From Azolla caroliniana (lineage: Eukaryota > Plantae > Polypodiophyta): a DNA stretch of 64,000 nucleotides. The DNA is taken from contig JBHGNT010000014.1 of the NCBI GenBank assembly GCA_043228905.1, positions 8,742,001 through 8,806,000 on the forward strand, read 5' to 3'. How positions within the stretch are numbered: position 1 is the first letter of the stretch; every line of letters begins with the position of its first letter. Shown here piece after piece: positions 46,077-60,251 of the stretch. The translations under genes and the position numbers were made by a program. Below the pieces are notes generated by a model. The model did not search any database. It saw only the letters and a program-made list of their open reading frames with translations, and was not told where the DNA came from.

Positions 46077-49000
46077 CACACGAACTATATTCAACAAAAA
46101 ACAACACAATCTCTATTCACCACACTCTATACATATGTGTGTTTAATGAACACTTTTATACAAGTCCTAGAAGGACTGACCGAAGTACTGACAGTACTTC
46201 AATGCTCATTAAGAGCTCCTACACTAACTCCCAAATATATTCCTCACGGAATATCTTTCCTAACGGCCTCCCGGTTTACGCACCGATCCAGCCCTACCTA
46301 TGCACCGGTCTGCGTACCGGTTTACGCATTCGGCCTAACCGATCGGTCCCAACCGATCCAGTCCTTGGCTTCTTCAGCCGATCCGGCCGATGTTGAGGTT
46401 GTCTCTCAACACTCCCCTTCAAGCTCAACTTGAGGCTCTTCGGGATCTTCGGGCTCACAGCTCCGGTTCCTCCTGGCTTCATGCCTCGCTTGCGTTCCAC
46501 GGCCTGTTTGACTCCGCGCGCTTCGACCCTTCCGGTCGGCTTGTCTGCTCATGTGGCCCTTATCAGCTCTTCTGCTGTTGCGGTGTTGACACTTCTCCTG
46601 CTGCCTTTTCTTCCGCTTGGGCCTCGGTTGATTCAGCATATCTGAATCAAACATCCGAACCGACTCGGCTACCTCTAATCGGTTTTCGCTCTCGTCCGAG
46701 TTGGCTGTCTCCAACTCGTCTTTGGTCTTCTCGCCCTCGGTGGCGTCATCTTCCCCATGCGTGGTTGGCTTCGGCTCTCTCCTTCGGTTGCTCCCCTTCT
46801 GTCCGCTTCCGGACTTTTCCGCGGGTCCGCCCTCGGCTTCTTCAGCCGATCCGAAGTCCAACTTGACAACCGAGTCAACCGACTCGGTGTCGCAGTCTCT
46901 ACTCCTTTCTCGCTGCCTTGCTTGGTCGTTCAGGACTGTTCTCCCCCTAAAGTTTGGCACGTCGAGGTGACGCAATCCGAGCGCACCTGAGAATTGCCGC
47001 AATTTGTCCAGACCAAGAGGCTTGGTGAAGATGTCGGCAGTCTGCCGATCCGTCGAAACGTACTGAAGTTTGACTTCACCGGAAAGGACACGCTCACGGA
47101 CGAAATGGTAGTGCACCTCAATGTGCTTGGTCCGTGCGTGGAAAACAGGGTTTTTCGCGAGCTGGATGCTGCTGAGGTTGTCGCAGTAGATCGTCGTTGG
47201 ATCTGACACCTCCTCTTGCAGGTCCCTAAGTAGCCGCTTCAACCATATGGCTTCGCATGTCGCGACAGCCGCTCCTCGGTACTCAGCTTCAGTGCTCGAC
47301 AGTGCAACTGTCGGTTGCTTCTTACTGCTCCACGCGATCATGGCACTCCCGAGGGAGAACGCGTATCCGGACGTGGATCGACAATCGGCGGCATTGCCAG
47401 CCCAATCAACATGGGTGTAGCCGACTAACTGCGCGGCTGCACCGGTCCAATATAGCAATCCTCGGTCCTTAGTGCCGTTGACATACCGAAGTATGCATTG
47501 CGCACACTGAAGGTGCTCCTCGGTAGGTCGCGCCATGAACTGACTGATCACTCTGACCGGATAACTAAGGTCGGGTCGGGTGATGGTCAAGTATATGAGG
47601 CTTCCGACAATTTGTCGGAACCTCGTCGGGTCACATACCTTTCCTGTATCGGGACGAAGCTTGACGGTTCTGTCCAGAGGAGTCGAGACGGACTTACAGT
47701 CAGCCATCCCAAATTTGAAGAGCATACTCAGCACCTAATGACGTTGGCTGATCAATATGCCTTCGGGGGTACGGATCACTTCGATCCCGAGGAAGTAATG
47801 AAGGTCCCCCAGATCCTTCATGTCGAACGATGCCGCAAGCTGGAGCTTCACGCGGTCGATTTCACTTAGGTCAGCGTCGGTGATGACCAAGTCATCAACA
47901 TATAGTAAAATACTAACCAGTCCGAGTCGACCTTTCCGGATGAACAAGGAAGAGTCCGATTTTGACGTGACGAAGCCCATCCGACACAGTTGTTGCGTGA
48001 TCTTCGCGTTCCAGGCACGCGGGGCTTCCTTCAGTCCGTAAAGGGACTTCTTCAGTCGGCATACTACCGAGGAGTTCGTTCTAGAGTGAAATCCAGGGGG
48101 TTGTACAACGTACACCTGTTCCTCAAGGTCACCTTGCAGGAACGCATTATTTACATCCATCTGATGTAAGTGCCACCCCTTCACCGCAGCTACTGCGAGC
48201 AAAACATGGACGGTCGTCATTTTCACGACCGGCGCAAACGTCTCATCGTAGTCGATGCCATGTTTCTGTGCGTAGCCCTTTGCCACTAGCCGAACCTTGT
48301 ACCGATTGACCGAGCCATCGGTGTTGTACTTGACCTTGTACACCCACCTACACCCGATCGGTTTTACCCCTGTTGGTGCATCAACCAAGTCCCAGGTCTC
48401 GTTCTCCGTCAATGCGTGCATCTCTTCCTCCATCGCGGCACAACAATTCGCGTCTTTAGCCGCTTCTGCGTAGCTCTCCGGCTCATGCACTTCCGCTACA
48501 CGGGTCATGTACGCATAATGATGCGCCATGTACTCGTTGTATCCGAACTGCAAAACAGGATTCTTCTGGCGGGTAGATCGGCGTAATCTCACATTAGCCG
48601 ATGTCGAGGCCTTCTCGGTCGACGCGGTCTTCACCTTTAAAGACCCGTCACCGGTTTCCTCGGAGTCGGACTCGCGGCGGTCTGACTCGTTCTTATCCGT
48701 GCCGGAATCCGACACCTTCTTCTTCCCTTTCTCTTTGCGCGTAAGCCGTCTCCTCGATTTCCTGCGCGGGGAATGCACGGCCGAGTCTCCACCACTCGCC
48801 AGCTCTTCATCGGACTGATCGTACCAACTCAGTCGCCCAATCGGTCCACTTAAACAGAGTGAAATCGGACTCTCTTCGCGGGTCTCGATTTCGGGCTCAT
48901 CTAGAGGCATCTCGGCCTCGCTGACCTCATCGTCAGAACACGGATTGGAGTCGGGGTTCGGAATCGGGGGTTGGTACTAGGACGCGGACTCGTCAACCAC

Positions 49001-51408
49001 AATGTCGCGGCTAACACGCGCTTGTTTGGTGCGAGGGTTATAGCACTTATAACCCTTCTGCTCGTCCGAGTAACCGACCAAGATGCATTTCTCGGCCTTT
49101 GCGTCCAACTTCCTCCTTTTCTCCTTCGGTACATGCACATACGCAATTCTACCGAACACCCTCAAGTGTCGCAAGTTCGGCTTCGTTCCGAAATATAGCT
49201 CGTGCGCTGACACTTTGTCTCCGATCCGGTTCTGGATGTATACCGCGTTCCTTACCGCCTCGGCCCAGTAGAACTTGGGCAAGCTCTTCTCCTCCAGCAT
49301 TGCCTGTGCTGCTTCCACAACTGACTGATTCTTCCTCTCGGCCACGCCGTTCTACTCCGGCGTGTATCTACAACTGAATTCGCGGCGAATTCCCATTTGT
49401 TGTAGGTAATCGTTGAATTGACCGGAAAAGTACTCTTTCCCACCATCCGACTGCAGGCACTTGATCTTTCGTCCCGTTTCCGTTTCCACGAACCGTTTGA
49501 GGTCCCGGAAACAGTCGAAGACTTCGCTCTTCCTCTCAATGAGGTAGATCCACGTGTGCCGCGTGTGGTCGTCGATGAAGGAGACGAAATATCGGCTCCC
49601 GCCAAGACTAACGTTTTGTGTCGGCCCCCATACATCGGAGTGTATAAGGTCGAGCTTGTTCCGGCTCCGGTTTCGCTCGTTGGGGAAGGGAAGTCGGTGT
49701 GGCTTCCCGAGCTGGCAGGCTTCACAAATTTGTGCCTTTTGGCCACTAAATTTGGGCAATCCGAACACTACCTGTTTCGTTTGCAGATCTTGAAGCCACT
49801 GATAGTTGACGTGGCCTATCCGCTTGTGCCACAAGTCGATGTCCGACTCGGATTTTTGTCCCTTCGCAAACATTGCGGTGCCGTCGTCAGTGGAGTTGAG
49901 GATGAACATCCTCCCGTCTCTGCGCCCTTGCACAATCACATGGCCTTCTTCCTCAATGAAGCACCCGAGGTGTGTAAACCGAACCTCCATCCCTTGGTCG
50001 ATGATCTGTCCGACCAAGACCAAGTTCTTCGTGATTGTCGGAACGTGCAACACGTTCATGAGTTTCCCTTTCTGCCCGACATGGCTAAAGGGAACTTCTC
50101 CGACATTCGCGATCGGATGCGGAGTGTCGTCTCCAGTTGCGACTACTCTAGGTTGTATCAATTTTTCAAGGTACGAGAACCACTCCTTATGGCTCGTCAT
50201 GTGGTTTGACGCGCCGGAGTCTACGTACCACACCTCGTCCGATCTCGGGGTGGTCTATTTCATTGAGTTTGCTTCGTGTCTCGTCGCGAAGGTAGACCCT
50301 TCTCCGGCTCTCCCGGAGTCTTCGACGTAGTGCGATCGCTGCCGATTTCCCTTGTCGGTATGTCCGGAGCCGTTTCCAGAACCGGTTCTCTCCGAATCGG
50401 CGCGCTTCTTCCAGCACTCACTTTCCCTGTGGCCTTTCTTGCCACAGTACCAGCACTCCGCAATGGCCTTCCCTTGCCAGTTCTCATCGCCTCGACTCCC
50501 CCTATTTCCAGAGGGTCCGGAGTTGCTGTCGACATCACTTCGGTGCCTTCTTCCTTGATCTCGTCGACCGCCTCCATTGCGCGCCAACTCGCCTCATCCT
50601 CCACGTCCACGGGGCCTATCTCCCTCCATGTACAGCATTCTGTTGTCGATGTGCGTGCTTGTAGACGCACCCGCGTGGTTCTCCTCTACCAGGAGCATTG
50701 ACTGAAAGTCGAAAAAGGACGGCGTATTCTCCTGGGTACACACAACCGTTCGGAACGCTTCGAACTTCGACGCCAAACCTCCGAGACAGATCTGGACCAT
50801 CTCGCTCTCCTCGATGTTCACCTCTATGGAGGTGAGGGAGTTGCAGATATCCTTGATCTTCGAGGTATAGTCCGCCACCGACAAGTCGCGTTGTCGTAGG
50901 TTGCTCAACTCCTATCGGAGCTGAAGCTTCCTGGCTATGGTGCTCGCGGCGAAAATCTTCTTCAGATTTTCCCACGCACCCTTCGGCGTCTTTGCATCCC
51001 GAACATAGCTCAATAGTTGTTCGCCCACACACGACGCGAAGCAGTATAATACCCTGCTCGCCAATTCCTCCCACGACGGGAAGTCTCTGTGTGTCGATTC
51101 GGGTGCCGCGTCATTAGCTCCTTCGACATAACTCCAGTAGCCGTGCCCGAGCAGGTACTGGTGCATCTTGTAGGACCAAGCCGTGTAGTTGGTTATGTTG
51201 AGCTTCTTTGTTGGAAGCGAGCTCGCCATGCCTCTATCCATCGTTCTTCTTGTTCTTCTTCGTCAAGATGTGTCGGCTGTAGAGAGGTTCTCAACCCTCG
51301 TGCTCTGATACCATGTAAAAAGTAACGTGCGGAAGCAAGTGTGAAGACCGAACAAGAGGAAGAAAACTTAGGTTCAATGGAGAGCTTGAGCTTACGCAGT
51401 ATACGCGG

Positions 51409-51442
<34 letters not shown>

Positions 51443-51782
51443 GAAAACACACGAACTATATTCAACAAAAAACAACACAATCTCTATTCACCACACTCTA
51501 TACATATGTGTGTTCAATGAACACTTTTATACAAGTCCTAGAAGGACTGACCGAAGTACTGACAGTACTTCAATGCTCATTAAGAGCTCCTACACTAACT
51601 CCCAAATATATTCCTCACGGAATATCTTTCCTAACGGCCTCCCGGTTTACGCACCGATCCGGCCCTACCTACGCACCAGTCTGCGTACCGGTTTACGCAT
51701 TCGGCCTAACCGATCGGTCCCAATCGATCCGGTCCTTGGCTTCTTCAGCCGATCCGGCCGATGTTGAGCTTGTCTCTCAACA
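45943..51782 (-). mobile_element. Full-length Ty1/copia element G (LTRs 45943-46411 and 51314-51782, 469 bp each)
   Basis: About 11 LTR mismatches, mostly transitions. TSD ACAAT, iMet PBS 51302-51313, PPT from 46412. Confidence 0.97.
46406..51241 (-). pseudogene. Copia G gag-pol with ~180-aa C-terminal tail and six in-frame stops
   Basis: Seven ORF pieces (51241 to 46406) are all in one frame, with the same motifs as B. Confidence 0.92.
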
Positions 51783-54597
51783 ACAATTGGCAGTCTCTTT
51801 GCCTTTGCCCGTTCCGGTGTCTTTGTTCGTTCTCCCCCTCAAGTGTGGCACGTTGAGATGCTGAACACCAAGCATTTCGGTGAAGTGTTGCAACTTGTCC
51901 GATCCAAGTGGTTTGGTGAAGATGTCGGCAACTTGTCGATCCATGTGAACATACCGAAGTTTGACCTCACCGCTCAGGACACGCTCACGCACGAAGTGAT
52001 AGTGCACTTCTATGTGCTTTGTGCAAGCATGGAATACAGGACCATTCTTGGCGAGCTGCATGTTGCTTATGTTGTCGCAGTAGATCAGAATCGGAGTCGG
52101 TACCTCGATCCGTAGGTCTTGCAGCAGTCGCCGAAGCCAAATGGCTTCACAGGTGGCAATGGTAGCGCCCCGATACTCAGTCTCAATGCTCGACAGGACA
52201 ACTGTTGGCTGCTTTTTGCTACTCCATGCAACAGTCGCGCTACCTAGGGAAAACATGTAACCGGAGGTTGATCGGCGATCTGATGCATCGCCGGCCCAGT
52301 CGGCATCTATGTAACCGACCAGCTCTTCGGTTATACTGCGCTGGTATAACAGTCTGCGGTCCTTCGTGCCGCTCACATACCGCAGTATTCGGTGCGCGCA
52401 CTGAAGATGCTCCTCGGTCGGCTTCTGCATGAATTGGCTAATCACACCGACCGGATAGCTGATGTCGGGTCGGGTGATGGTCAAATATATAAGGCTTCTG
52501 ACATTTTGTCAGAACCATTTCTCATCGCAGGTCGATCCGGAGTCGAGACGGAGCTTTTGGTTCCGGTCCAGGGGAGTAGAGATAGGTCGGCATTTCGTCA
52601 TGCCGAACTTGTACAACATATTCAACACATAGTGCCTTTGTGAGAGCAATATGCCATCGGGGTTCGGATCACCTCGATCCCAAGAAAATAATGAAGGTCC
52701 CCCAGGTCCTTCATCTCAAATGCATCCGACAACTGGGACTTGACTCGGCTAATTTCATCGAGACCGGGTCCGGTGATGACCAGATCATCAACGTACAACA
52801 AGATGCAAACCGGACCGTCCGGACCTTGCCGGATGAACAACGAAGAGTCGGACTTGGAGGCCGCAAACCCCATCTTACGCAACCGGTGTGTGATCTTCGC
52901 ATTCCAAGCTCGGGGGGCTTGCTTCAGATCATAAAGTGACTTCTTCAACCGGCATACCACCGACTTGTTCATCTCCGTCTGGAAACCAAGGGGTTGTATC
53001 ATAAAGACCTCTTCTTCAAGATCTCCTTGAAGAAATGCATTCTTCACATCCATCTGGTGAAGATGCCACCCCCTTGCTGCTGCAACCGCCAGCACCACAC
53101 GAACCATCATCATCTTCGCTACTGGAGCGAAGGTCTCGTCGTAGTCGATTTTGTGGGTTTGTGCGTATCCCTTCGCCACTAACCGGGCCTTGTACCGGTT
53201 AACTGAACCATCGACGTTGTACTTTACCTTGTACACCCACTTGCATCCGATCGGTATACTGTGATGAGGAGGGTCAACCAGGTCCCATGTATCGTTGGCA
53301 TCAAGTGCCCGCATCTCTTCTTCCATAGTGGCACGCCAATGTGCGTCCTTTGCCGCTTCTGCATAACTCTCCGGCTCACGCACTTCCGCCACCTTCATCA
53401 TGTACGCATAGTGATGCGCCATGTACTCATTGTACCCGTACCACTTAACAGGTTCCTTCTGGCTGTTGACCGACGTAACCCACCATTACCCGGTTTGAGG
53501 CCCTTCTTGGCCGGTTGGGTCTTCGGTGCCGAAGAACCGTCATTTTCCTTTCCGGAGTCGGATCGGCTCCGATCTGACTCATCAATACCAGTTCCATAAT
53601 CCGGCATCTTCTTCTTCCCCTTCTCTTTGCGCGGGAACCGTCTCCTCGGTTCCTTGCGCGAGGAGAGCACGGCAGAGTCTTCACTACTCGTCGGTTCTTC
53701 TTCTGACTGGTCGGATTGACCCAGTCTCTTGTTTGGCCCACTCAACCAAAACGATTCCGGACTCTCTTCTTGAGTCCCGGATTCATCATCTTCTAACTGG
53801 ACAGGTTCAGACTCACTAGCCTCATCCTCCGGTATCGGGTTGGGGTCAGAAGTCGGAGTTGGTAAGGCATACCATGATGTCGTCTCATCAAACTCAACAT
53901 CGCGGCTAACTCGGATCTGCTTCGTCCGGGGGTTATAACACTTATACCCCTTTTGCTCATGTGAGTAGCCGACGAGGATGCACTTCTCCGATTTTGCATC
54001 CAACTTCCTCCACTTCTCATTTGGCACATGCACATATGCTATGCTGCCGAAAATCCGAAGGTGTCTCAAATTCGGCTTGCGCCCGAAATACAGCTCATGC
54101 ACGGACACCTTGTCATCGATCCGGTTTTCGATGTAGACGGTCGTTCGGACCGCCTCCGCCTAGTAGAAATGGGGCATGCTCTTCTCTTCCAGCATTGCCC
54201 TTGCCGCGTCGACAAGCGACCGGTTCTTTCTTTCGGGCACACCGTTTTGCTCCGGTGTGTATCTGCAGCTGAACTCTCTCCAAATTCCTGTTTGTTGCAG
54301 ATAACTGTTGAATTGGCCGGAAAAATAGTCTTTTCCACCATCTGACCGCAGGCACTTGATCTTCCTCTTCGATTCTCGTTCCACCATGCTCTAGAGGTTC
54401 CGGAAACAGTCGAAGACTTCTCTCTTCCGCTCAATGAGGTAGATCCATGTGTACCGGCTATAGTCGTCGATGAAGGAGACGAAGTATCGACTCCCGCCAA
54501 GATTCATGTTCTGTGTTGGTCCCCATACATCCGAATGAATAAGGTCGAGCTTGTTACGGCTATGGTTTTGTTCGGTGGGGAATGGAAGCCGGTGTTT

Positions 54598-56536
54598 CCA
54601 CCTCTATCTCTAAGTTGTTATCCATAGCCACCTCTATCTCTAAGTTGTTATCCGTGGCCATCTCTTCAAACGGATGGACCGTGTACCCATTGACCATCTC
54701 GATCGAGCATGCCTCGATTATGCATGCCTCTTCATCATACATCGGCTTTGACCTTCGCTTCCTCGCTGCCACCTTCCTTCTCTTGGGTCTTAATTTGGTT
54801 TGGGTATGTCTCTTCGGTGATGGCCCTTTCTCCACCAACTGATATGTCCCCGTCCACCATTTCTCAAATCTCTTGAAATAGTGGGAAGGAAGTCTCGGCA
54901 CATTTACCATCCTCCTTTGCCATGCCATCCATAGCCATCTTCATATTGACGTCGTTGTCCTCCATTGCTCTTTCGGTCGTTTCAATCTGCTTTGACATCT
55001 CACTTGCTATTGGAGCCTTCCATCTTTGAACTATCGACCCCTCCATGTCAGAATCATCTAGCCATCGACGACGCTTGTCAAACCGGTCACATGCTCTTCT
55101 TACCTCAACCCAATCCGTTATGAGACCATTGGGTTGTGTTTCATCCTCTAATAGAGTACCTAGTTCTCGTCTATCGTTCACATCCATCGCCTTTAAGAAG
55201 TATAGAACCTTATTTTCTTCGAGAAACATCTGGTCAATGCTTGGGAGATGATTGTACATTTGCTCAAATTCATTGTACAACCCCAATGCATTCATGTTCT
55301 TTCCCTTCTTCTCAATCCACTTTATCAACGCGTGTCGAGTCATCCTCGATGCGTCTTCAAGCATATATTCGCCCAAAAGTGCCCTTTCGAATCCCACCCA
55401 TGTTGTTTGGGTGGCTTGAATCTCCCTTATACGGCCTTGTAACCCATTTGCCACTACACACATGAAGCTTGATATTTGTTTCTCTTCGATGACATCTCGT
55501 TGTTGCATCTCTGTCTTGTATATAACGAGGAAATCCGTAATATTTCTTCCACCAAATTGGCCCACTATCTCAACGGTCCGGTCGATGGCCTTGTCTAATC
55601 TTGAAGCTTTATCTCGGGCTCTCATCATTCGCTCGACAATAGCCACCAACTTTGCCACTTCGTCAGCTTGGGTGTTTGTCTGAGAAGCCATCTTCTAATC
55701 TTCTATTTCAAGCACTTGAATCCTTCCTATCGCTTCTTCACGTCGGGTTCACCACTTAATTATGTCGTGAAAATCCACCACTATGTGCATATCGTGAGGC
55801 GGAACCGCCGGGATTATGGATTGGAAGGAATTAGGGCTCATACGCATAACACAAGCACGATTTACACATAAGACACATAGGTGAAACAAAAAATTAGTTT
55901 ATTGCAAAATAATAGATTCTTTTATAATATAAGAATCATGTTACAACGTGTTGGGTGTGAATATGAAGGATTGTTTATAAAGGAATGGGGGAAGAGAGGT
56001 GGAGAAAAGAAGAGAGTGGAATATAGATGGAGTTTCTTTGTTGATGATGCCTCTTGATGTTGTTGATCCTTCTTCTTCCACTTTCCAATTGAGTAGAGCT
56101 TCCACGTTCCTTCTCCCTCCCCCCTTCCTTTTAAAATGAGCTCTTATTATAGGTTTAGGATTTATTGCTTCTTTTCCTTCTTCTTTTCCTAAAAGTTTGT
56201 CTATATGAGTTGACTTTCTTTTTATCGTTATTTCTGTTCCGTAATGTCAAATATGACATGCAAGATATTCTTAGAAATCTCTTTCTGGTAGCTTTCTTAT
56301 GCATATTTCCTTTTCTAATTTGGACATTGGGAGAGTTAATTACAAGATTTTTACTTGACCTTGCTCCTCATATCCACGCCTAGCTTTTCTTTTCTACTTT
56401 TGTCTACTTTCGAAAACCGTTTCTAGTTTTTTATCCTTTCATTCTATAGTTGATTTAACAACATTAGTTTATTTGGATTACTATTTTATTCTCTTTTGAG
56501 GGTGGTTTCGCACTATGTGTCGAAAACATCATGACA
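54598..56536 (-). mobile_element. 5' part of Trp-primed gypsy copy J (LTR 55763-56536, PBS 55738-55754, gag ORF 54864-55691)
   Basis: Perfect Trp PBS. Gag LDKAIDRTVEIVGQFGGRNITDFLVIYKTEM is homologous to C and I. LTR ends TGTC...GACA. Confidence 0.85.
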
Positions 56537-57885
56537 CCGGTCGGCTCAACATTGCCGACAAACAACAAACTATCTGCGACACAATGTCCGAAATCGAAAA
56601 TGGAGAAGGTTGAGATGAATGAGGTTCCTTATGCCTTAGCAGTCAGAAGCCTGATGTACGCAATGGTATGTACTAGGCTAGACATTGGATACGTAGTTGG
56701 AGTGGTCAGCCGATTCATGAGCAATCCTAGAAGAGAGCATTGGGATGTTGTGAGTGGATACTTCAGTACCTGAAAGGCACCTCGAATGTGTGTCTTCGAT
56801 TCGGCTAAGGTAAACCCCTATTGGAAGGTTATACTAATTCAAACATGTCAGTTGATGTGGATACCAGTTGATCCACGTCCGGATACGTAATGACGTATGC
56901 AAGGGGAGTTGTTTCGTGGCAGTCAAGGTTGCAGAAGGACGTGGCATTGTTGACCACGGAAGCTGAGTATATGGCCGCAATGGAAGCCGGTAAGGAAATA
57001 ATATGGATGAAGGAGTTCATCGGAGAGTTGGGGATTCGGCAAAGAGGAAATCAGACTCCATTGCGATAACTAGAGTGCCATCCACCTTGCAAAGAATGTT
57101 GCCTACCACTCGAGGACCAAGCACATCCAAAGAAGATACCATTGGCTCCAAGAGCGAGTAGAAGAAAAGGATTTTTCTCTAGTAAAGATCCACACGAACG
57201 ACAACAGGTCAAACATGCCGACGAAGGTGTTGTCGACAGAGAAGCTGAATGTTTGCCGACAAAGAGTCGAATTGACGAAGTACCCCATGCCGGAATGAAG
57301 GGGGAGTTTGTTGGGAAAATAGGTGCCGCTGGATGGGAAGAAGAGAATGAACCGAATCGAAGATACATGGGTAATTTGGCCGAGGCCGAAACCAAAACCA
57401 AAATCAAAATCGATTATATATCCGATTCGGGAGACTATATTTGTAAATAGTCTAAATGTGCCCCACGTGGGTATATCTGTAAATAGCTAGAAAGTTCTAT
57501 ATGTATAAATACAACTAGGGCAAACTTTATGAGGTGTGTGTATCATTAGTATAGTTGAGTTAGTTGTATAGTTACTCTTCAGGTTGTTGTCTCTGTAAGT
57601 GTGAGTGAGAGAGAGAGTGAGAGTAGTAACTCTAATGTCTTTTGTTAGACGAAGATGAGCTCGAGGTTGTTGCCTCCAAGTCTCCATGTACTCCTCGCCG
57701 TACACATTGTGATTCGTTTCTTGGTGTTTGTGGACCCTCGTGGTTTTTTTCCCTTTCGGGATTTCCACATAAAACATTCTATGTCTCTGCTCTCTATTTT
57801 CTATTTTGTCTGTGTACTGTTGACTTGTTCTTTGCACCCGAATATACGAATGAGTAACCGGTTGTGGCCGGTTCTGATCCTAACA
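56537..57885 (+). mobile_element. 3' part of a D-family copia (RT end, RNase H, PPT, 3' LTR 57309-57885)
   Basis: PVGSTLP...VPYALAVRSLMYAMVCTRLDI and ATGCCGGAATGAAGGGGGAGTTTGTTGGG as in D. Ends CCTAACA. Confidence 0.88.
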
Positions 57886-58166
57886 AAATGTATATCTACC
57901 TCTTTTTAAATTGAAAATGCAAAAGAGAGTAGTTCTTTTATATGAGCTAGTAGAGATTTGAAATGTACACACCTTTATACAAAGTAAACAACACTAAACA
58001 ATAAGACGTTTTTTTATTATTATGTTAAATATATTTTCTTTAATACATATTTAAAATTTTGTGGGTGTCTCCTTTTGCCTTTTTCCCTATTTTCTACCTT
58101 CGGACACGACTCTATCCCCTTTTTTCCTAATGTCTTGCTATGCTTGGTGGTTTTTGTTGGTGTTGT

Positions 58167-58704
58167 TGTTGCGAAGAATAACGTTGAATATTGCTCGGCC
58201 ACAACTGAGTCTTGAATCACATAAATGGGAAGTAGAGAGTACACAGAATATTTACATGGAAAACCCTAATAGGGAAAAACCACGGGAGCCCACGGACTCC
58301 AACTATCACTATATGAGAGGAAATACAAAGTGGAGACATAGAGGCAACGACCTCGTGCTCGCGATCTTCGCCAGACGGCGGTTACAACAGAAAGTGCTTG
58401 TAGCTACTATCTTGCTCTCTCTCTCTCTATATATATATACAACAGTTATCTCTACAACAACATGTCAACCTTCTCACATCATATCATATACAAAGTGATT
58501 GCCCTAAGTCATATTTATACTTATATGAACTTAGGGCTATTTACAAATATAACCTCAATAGGCTTGCTCAAAAGACATACTTACAAATATGTCTTCTCTT
58601 CCGGTTCTCACCTGGTCTCCTCCGGTTTCTGGATCTCTTTTGATTCTCACCGGGTCCTCTTCATTCATAACTGGATCCCATCCAGAGGGACCGATTTCCC
58701 AACA
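58167..58704 (-). mobile_element. Solo LTR related to the copia D family
   Basis: The reverse complement resembles the D LTR (TGTTGGGAAATCGGTCCCTCTGGATGGG..., TTTGTAAATAG, ATAAATATGACTTAGGG). TSD GTTGT on both sides. Confidence 0.88.
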
Positions 58705-59482
58705 GTTGTCTCCGCAACACGTCTTAGCTGATAGATACTTAACACACACTTGGTTTTGTGATCTAATGAGTGTGCGTTGACATAAGTGTCATCGTCATGT
58801 TTCCCTTTGCTCAAGGTAATCTTGCACATTATGATCATTTGAATCTAATGCCTCTCTCACTAATGTACATTATTGGACAAGGCAACTTGGGCATATATTT
58901 TTGTCAAGAAGTACATTAACATGTGCAGTCTTGATAACAAAAAGCATGCACCTTATAACTTCATCATGTTTATAACGTACACACAATATGTGCGTACGCA
59001 CGTACATATATACGTACATACATTAGATCAGAAGAGGCTAACTAATTGACATATTAACATTGTAGAATTTTGATAAAACATCACTTTTAATAGAAAGCGT
59101 TTGTTGCTTGATATTGTTGTTTAAATTTTCAACTAAAGAGAGCATGTGAAGAGATATCATGAGTCGAAGAGCGAGTAAGAGCATGCTACTAGAATGAGTG
59201 AGAGAGAGTGAAAGAGCAGTAGAGTTGGAGATCATATGTGAGAGTGAGAGAACCGCGCAGCTAGAAGGGACGAACAATAGTGTCAGATGTTGTAAAGCCA
59301 TTCCTTGATATTCTATCCAGGGTTAGTAGTGCCGTGGAAGTGTGTGATCGAACAAAAGGTTGGGAAGTCTCATCTCTTGTGGCGAGAGATGATGTGAATT
59401 GGATGAATATAAATAGGAAAGCAAATGCTATCGTTTCTATTAAATTTATTTCTTTGTTTTAAGCAGACAGGAAGAGGGAGAG

Positions 59483-59734
59483 ATGAAGGCTGTCGTGGTG
59501 ACGGCCTTGGGAGGGCCGGAGGTATTGCAGCTGCAGGACGTTCCAGAGCCTGAGCTGAAGCCTGGCCACGTAATTGTTCGCATCGCGGCTAGTGGGGTGA
59601 ATCGTGCTGATACGTACCAGCGCCATGGAACCCACCCTGTCCCTGAAGGCTGCCCACCATACCCTGGTCTCGAGTGCTCGGGTACCATTGAATCTGTGGC
59701 TGATGACGTCCAGCACTGGAAGGTTGGAGATCAG
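59483..59734 (+). CDS. First coding exon of an NAD(P)H quinone oxidoreductase, PIG3-like (MDR/zeta-crystallin family); later exons not seen in the window
   Basis: MKAVVVTALGGPEVLQLQDVPEP...GVNRADTYQRHG.HP.P.G.PPYPGLECSG...WKVGDQ, 84 intact codons ending at CAG|GTTAGC (phase-0 donor). Possible 5'UTR intron acceptor TTTTAAG at ~59463. Confidence 0.88.
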
Positions 59735-60073
59735 GTTAGCTAATTCCACTGTACTACGCTCTTTGTAGTAGTTCTGTTTAATATTGGCGTTCCTGTTGTT
59801 TGATAGACACCAGTATGTGGCAGAGACCTATATTCAATGTTTGATGAGTTTTCAAAGTATGTGGTTAAGCATGTTGCATGCATTCTTGATATGTATATAT
59901 ACACGTACACATATATGCTACTAATGTCCACTTCAGATCGCTAAGTTCTATGATATTGATTCTACCATGTAAATCACCACCTAGCCAACTACTAGAGAGT
60001 GATGATGTCCATAAATCAAAGTCCAGGGAGTTCTTGAAGCCTAGTACACCCAGATGGAGCATGAGGGAGAGAG

Positions 60074-60075
<2 letters not shown>

Positions 60076-60118
<43 letters not shown>

Positions 60119-60170
60119 TAGATAGATTAGATAGATAGATTATATTATTGTCTTCGGAGGTCAAATATGA

Positions 60171-60211
<41 letters not shown>

Positions 60212-60249
60212 TAGATAGGTAGATAGATAGATAGATAGAGAGAGAGAGA
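60076..60249. repeat. Compound microsatellites (TA)n, (GATA)n, (GA)n
   Basis: Read directly from the sequence. Confidence 0.95.
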
Positions 60250-60251
60250 TG

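Larger units (their letters stand above)
45880..54597 (-). mobile_element. Truncated copia H (family A/B/G; integrase to RNase H and start of the tail), interrupted by G; no LTRs retained
   Basis: ORFs 54160-54387, 53398-54108, 52622-53422 and 51777-52484 are close to B. The tail reads GKGKETAN|CVGEGRTDEGRVKKKKGESS across the ACAAT TSD. Confidence 0.85.
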
